This document shows positions 61,802-64,000 of a stretch of DNA of 64,000 bases, in pieces. Position 1 is the first letter of the stretch, and the number at the start of each line of letters is the position of its first letter. The translations under genes were made by a program, and so were the position numbers. The notes beneath the pieces are model-generated. The model ran no database searches. It had not been told where the DNA came from and saw only the letters and a program-made list of their open reading frames with translations. The stretch comes from Vulcanimicrobiota bacterium. Its GTDB lineage: Bacteria > Vulcanimicrobiota > Xenobia > Xenobiales > JADMJV01. The stretch spans positions 363,302 through 427,301 of the forward strand of contig JBFWNU010000003.1 in NCBI GenBank assembly GCA_050250895.1, read 5' to 3'.

Positions 61802-64000
61802 GTGAAGATCTCTCCCGTGGGTCATAGCCCCGTCACCCGAGCGGCCGCTGCCGCCCCGCCCGACGGAGTCGACTTTTTGATGAAACGCCAATTTCAGCTG
61901 CCCTGGCAAGACGAGTACTATCCGGTCACGCGCGAGCAAGCGCAAGCCCACTGCCAGGAGCGTCCGTGCGTGGTCAAACTGCCCGATGGACCATCACCGC
62001 TGCCGGTCGCCTCGCCGCAAGATGTGCAAGAACTCGACGCTCTGTACGGGTCCACCGCCGCTAACGATCTGGCCGGCAATCTTCGCCAACTCGCCAGCGG
62101 CGGCGCGCGTTTTTACGCCGATCTCGACGGACGCCGCAGCGAGGTGGGCCTCTATGGAGCTTACAACGGCTTGACCGGGGACCTGGGCTTGACCCGGGTC
62201 GAGATGACAGACCGCTGGGGCAGCCTGGCGCTCACCGAGGCCGCCCAGGTCGCCCAGCTGGCGGCCTTCGCTCAAGATTCGCAGGGCGAGTTGCAAACGC
62301 TTGCCAATCAAGACTTCCAGTTCTTCAACACCCAGGGCGAACAGGTGCACCCCTGGCTCGCCTCGACCGGTTCGTCGTTCTCGGTGGGTCGGGGTGGGCA
62401 TAACTGGGTCGGGTCGGGCCCTGAGCTGACCGCCCGTTGCCAGCGCTTTGATCGCATCTGGCATGAGTTTGACCGGGACATCGAGCCGGCCAGGGTCGTC
62501 TTTGCAAAACTCTCGGGCCAGCCTCCGACCCTCGAACAGGTGGCTGACCTGATCGAAGGCACCACGGGTCCGACGGCCGAAAGCCTGCTCGATTACGGTC
62601 TGGAGAAATGCCAGCATCCGGCTGCGGCCTTGCTGCGGGCGGCCGCCCGAAACGGCGATGTCTTCCCGTATTTGCAGGGTGATCCTCAGCCCCGCCAGTT
62701 GCTGAGCGCCCTGACCGAGCAGCTGAGCGACCACGACTTCTGCCGCTTCGCAAAAGCCGAATTGAACTCGAAGTTTCTCGACAAGCATGCCCCCGAAGAC
62801 GTCTCGGTGGCGCGTCCTTTGCTGTCAGCCGTTCTCGAGAAGAGCGAACTGCGCGAGGCTTTCGCCGATGCCTTCACCGCCTGGGGCGAGCAAGAGGACC
62901 GTTCGCTCGACGATGGAATGATTGCCTTGTGGGCGCTGTTCTCGCGTTCACCGGCGGGTTCGAGCGACAAGCTGCTCAAAGGCGCCTTTCAAGACGGCCA
63001 GACCCTGCTGGGATTCGAGCAGAATCAGTCGCTGGTGGCCATCGCCCAGACCCTGCTGGCCGCCCCGCCCCAATCCGACAATTTGCAGATGGTCAAGGCC
63101 TGCCTGACGGCCATCGACTCGGCCGAGGACCGCGGTACCTTCGCCCGGGGTGTGCTGCCCGTCCTCAAGCGGCTGGTGCCGGCCGAGAAGGCTCGCCTTG
63201 AAGGCCTCTCGGAATGGACCTCCGAGATCGACGAAAGGGCTCAGGGAAGAGTGCTGGCCTATGCCCTGACTCATCTCGACGAGAACCCCGCCAAGTTGGT
63301 TCAGGGAGCCGTGGATAGCATCGCCGCCGATTATCCCGAGGCAGCCGGAGACCTGGCCCAGAATGTGCTCGAGCAGAGTTCACCCGAGCGCTACCAGCTG
63401 TACAGTCAATACTTCCACAACGAGGACGGTGGCTCGATTTTCTCCGAAGAGGCCTCGCGAGCGGTGGTGCTGAGCGCCTTTTCTCAGGACCGGCCGCCGG
63501 CCGAGAGCGCCCTCCAAGCTAGTGCCCAGCTCGAGGCCCTCGACCTCGAAGGCAAGTGGGAGGACCGCAGCGCCCTGCTCAAAGCCACCTTACGGATGTA
63601 TGACGAAGGGGAGTCGACTCGGCGCGTGGCCGAGTTTGCCCGAGGCTTCTTAGAGGGCGTGACGCTGGAAGACTGGGCGAGCGAGAATGGCTTTCTCGAG
63701 GCGGCTCTGCGCCATCGCGAGGCTCGTAGCTACGACGACTGGCTGGGGCTGACCCGCGAGTCGGTGGCGGGCGCCGTCCATGATGCCGACTCGGCGCGCC
63801 TGGGCAAGGCGTTGCTAGAGCGCCTGGACAACTTTGCCGAGGCTCCCGCCTGGATCGGTCTGCTGCGCCACACCGCCTTCGCCGCCAACCTCGACGAAGA
63901 GGCTGGTGGTCGCATCGTGGCCGCTGCTCTGGCCGGGCCCGCTCCCACTCGACCCGAGCAGTTTCCGGGGTTCGTGGCCCGCCTGACGGCCTCGATTGAG
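61802..64000 (+). CDS. Large hypothetical protein with MKI leader, runs off the window end (>=733 codons)
   Basis: Manual translation of both ends, MKISPVGHSPVTRAAAAAPPDG... and ...FPGFVARLTASIE, in the same frame; absent from the ORF track, consistent with no stop in the window. Confidence 0.8.
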   Translation, partial: MKISPVGHSPVTRAAAAAPPDGVDFLMKRQFQLPWQDEYYPVTREQAQAHCQERPCVVKLPDGPSPLPVASPQDVQELDALYGSTAANDLAGNLRQLASGGARFYADLDGRRSEVGLYGAYNGLTGDLGLTRVEMTDRWGSLALTEAAQVAQLAAFAQDSQGELQTLANQDFQFFNTQGEQVHPWLASTGSSFSVGRGGHNWVGSGPELTARCQRFDRIWHEFDRDIEPARVVFAKLSGQPPTLEQVADLIEGTTGPTAESLLDYGLEKCQHPAAALLRAAARNGDVFPYLQGDPQPRQLLSALTEQLSDHDFCRFAKAELNSKFLDKHAPEDVSVARPLLSAVLEKSELREAFADAFTAWGEQEDRSLDDGMIALWALFSRSPAGSSDKLLKGAFQDGQTLLGFEQNQSLVAIAQTLLAAPPQSDNLQMVKACLTAIDSAEDRGTFARGVLPVLKRLVPAEKARLEGLSEWTSEIDERAQGRVLAYALTHLDENPAKLVQGAVDSIAADYPEAAGDLAQNVLEQSSPERYQLYSQYFHNEDGGSIFSEEASRAVVLSAFSQDRPPAESALQASAQLEALDLEGKWEDRSALLKATLRMYDEGESTRRVAEFARGFLEGVTLEDWASENGFLEAALRHREARSYDDWLGLTRESVAGAVHDADSARLGKALLERLDNFAEAPAWIGLLRHTAFAANLDEEAGGRIVAAALAGPAPTRPEQFPGFVARLTASIE

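Overview
High-GC bacterial DNA, roughly two-thirds G+C by eye and densely coding. Gene style (many orphan proteins with low-complexity MKI-type leaders, leaderless starts) suggests an Eremiobacterota/Xenobia-like lineage, which is inference only. Housekeeping genes (gmk, rsuA, rsmC-like, rluD, lnt, msrA, nudF-like, ribose-type ABC transporter) are interspersed with type IV pilus/T2SS parts, two-component genes, three families of GC-rich intergenic repeats, a HEPN-MNT pair and two decayed HNH genes flanking a low-GC immunity-like islet. The main signal is a rigidly spaced promoter motif, TTTCA-N6-TTT(C/A/G)A-N11-TAnnnT, often followed 6-8 nt later by a leaderless start. It occurs before nine scattered genes: a minor-pilin operon plus orphan proteins in which short Ser/Pro/Ala-rich leaders precede toxin, peptidase, acyltransferase, degenerate AAA or novel-repeat cargo. 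This looks like a dispersed, co-regulated pilus-plus-effector (possibly predation) regulon, and a SARP/BTAD response regulator in the window is a candidate activator. No tRNA, rRNA or CRISPR array was seen.
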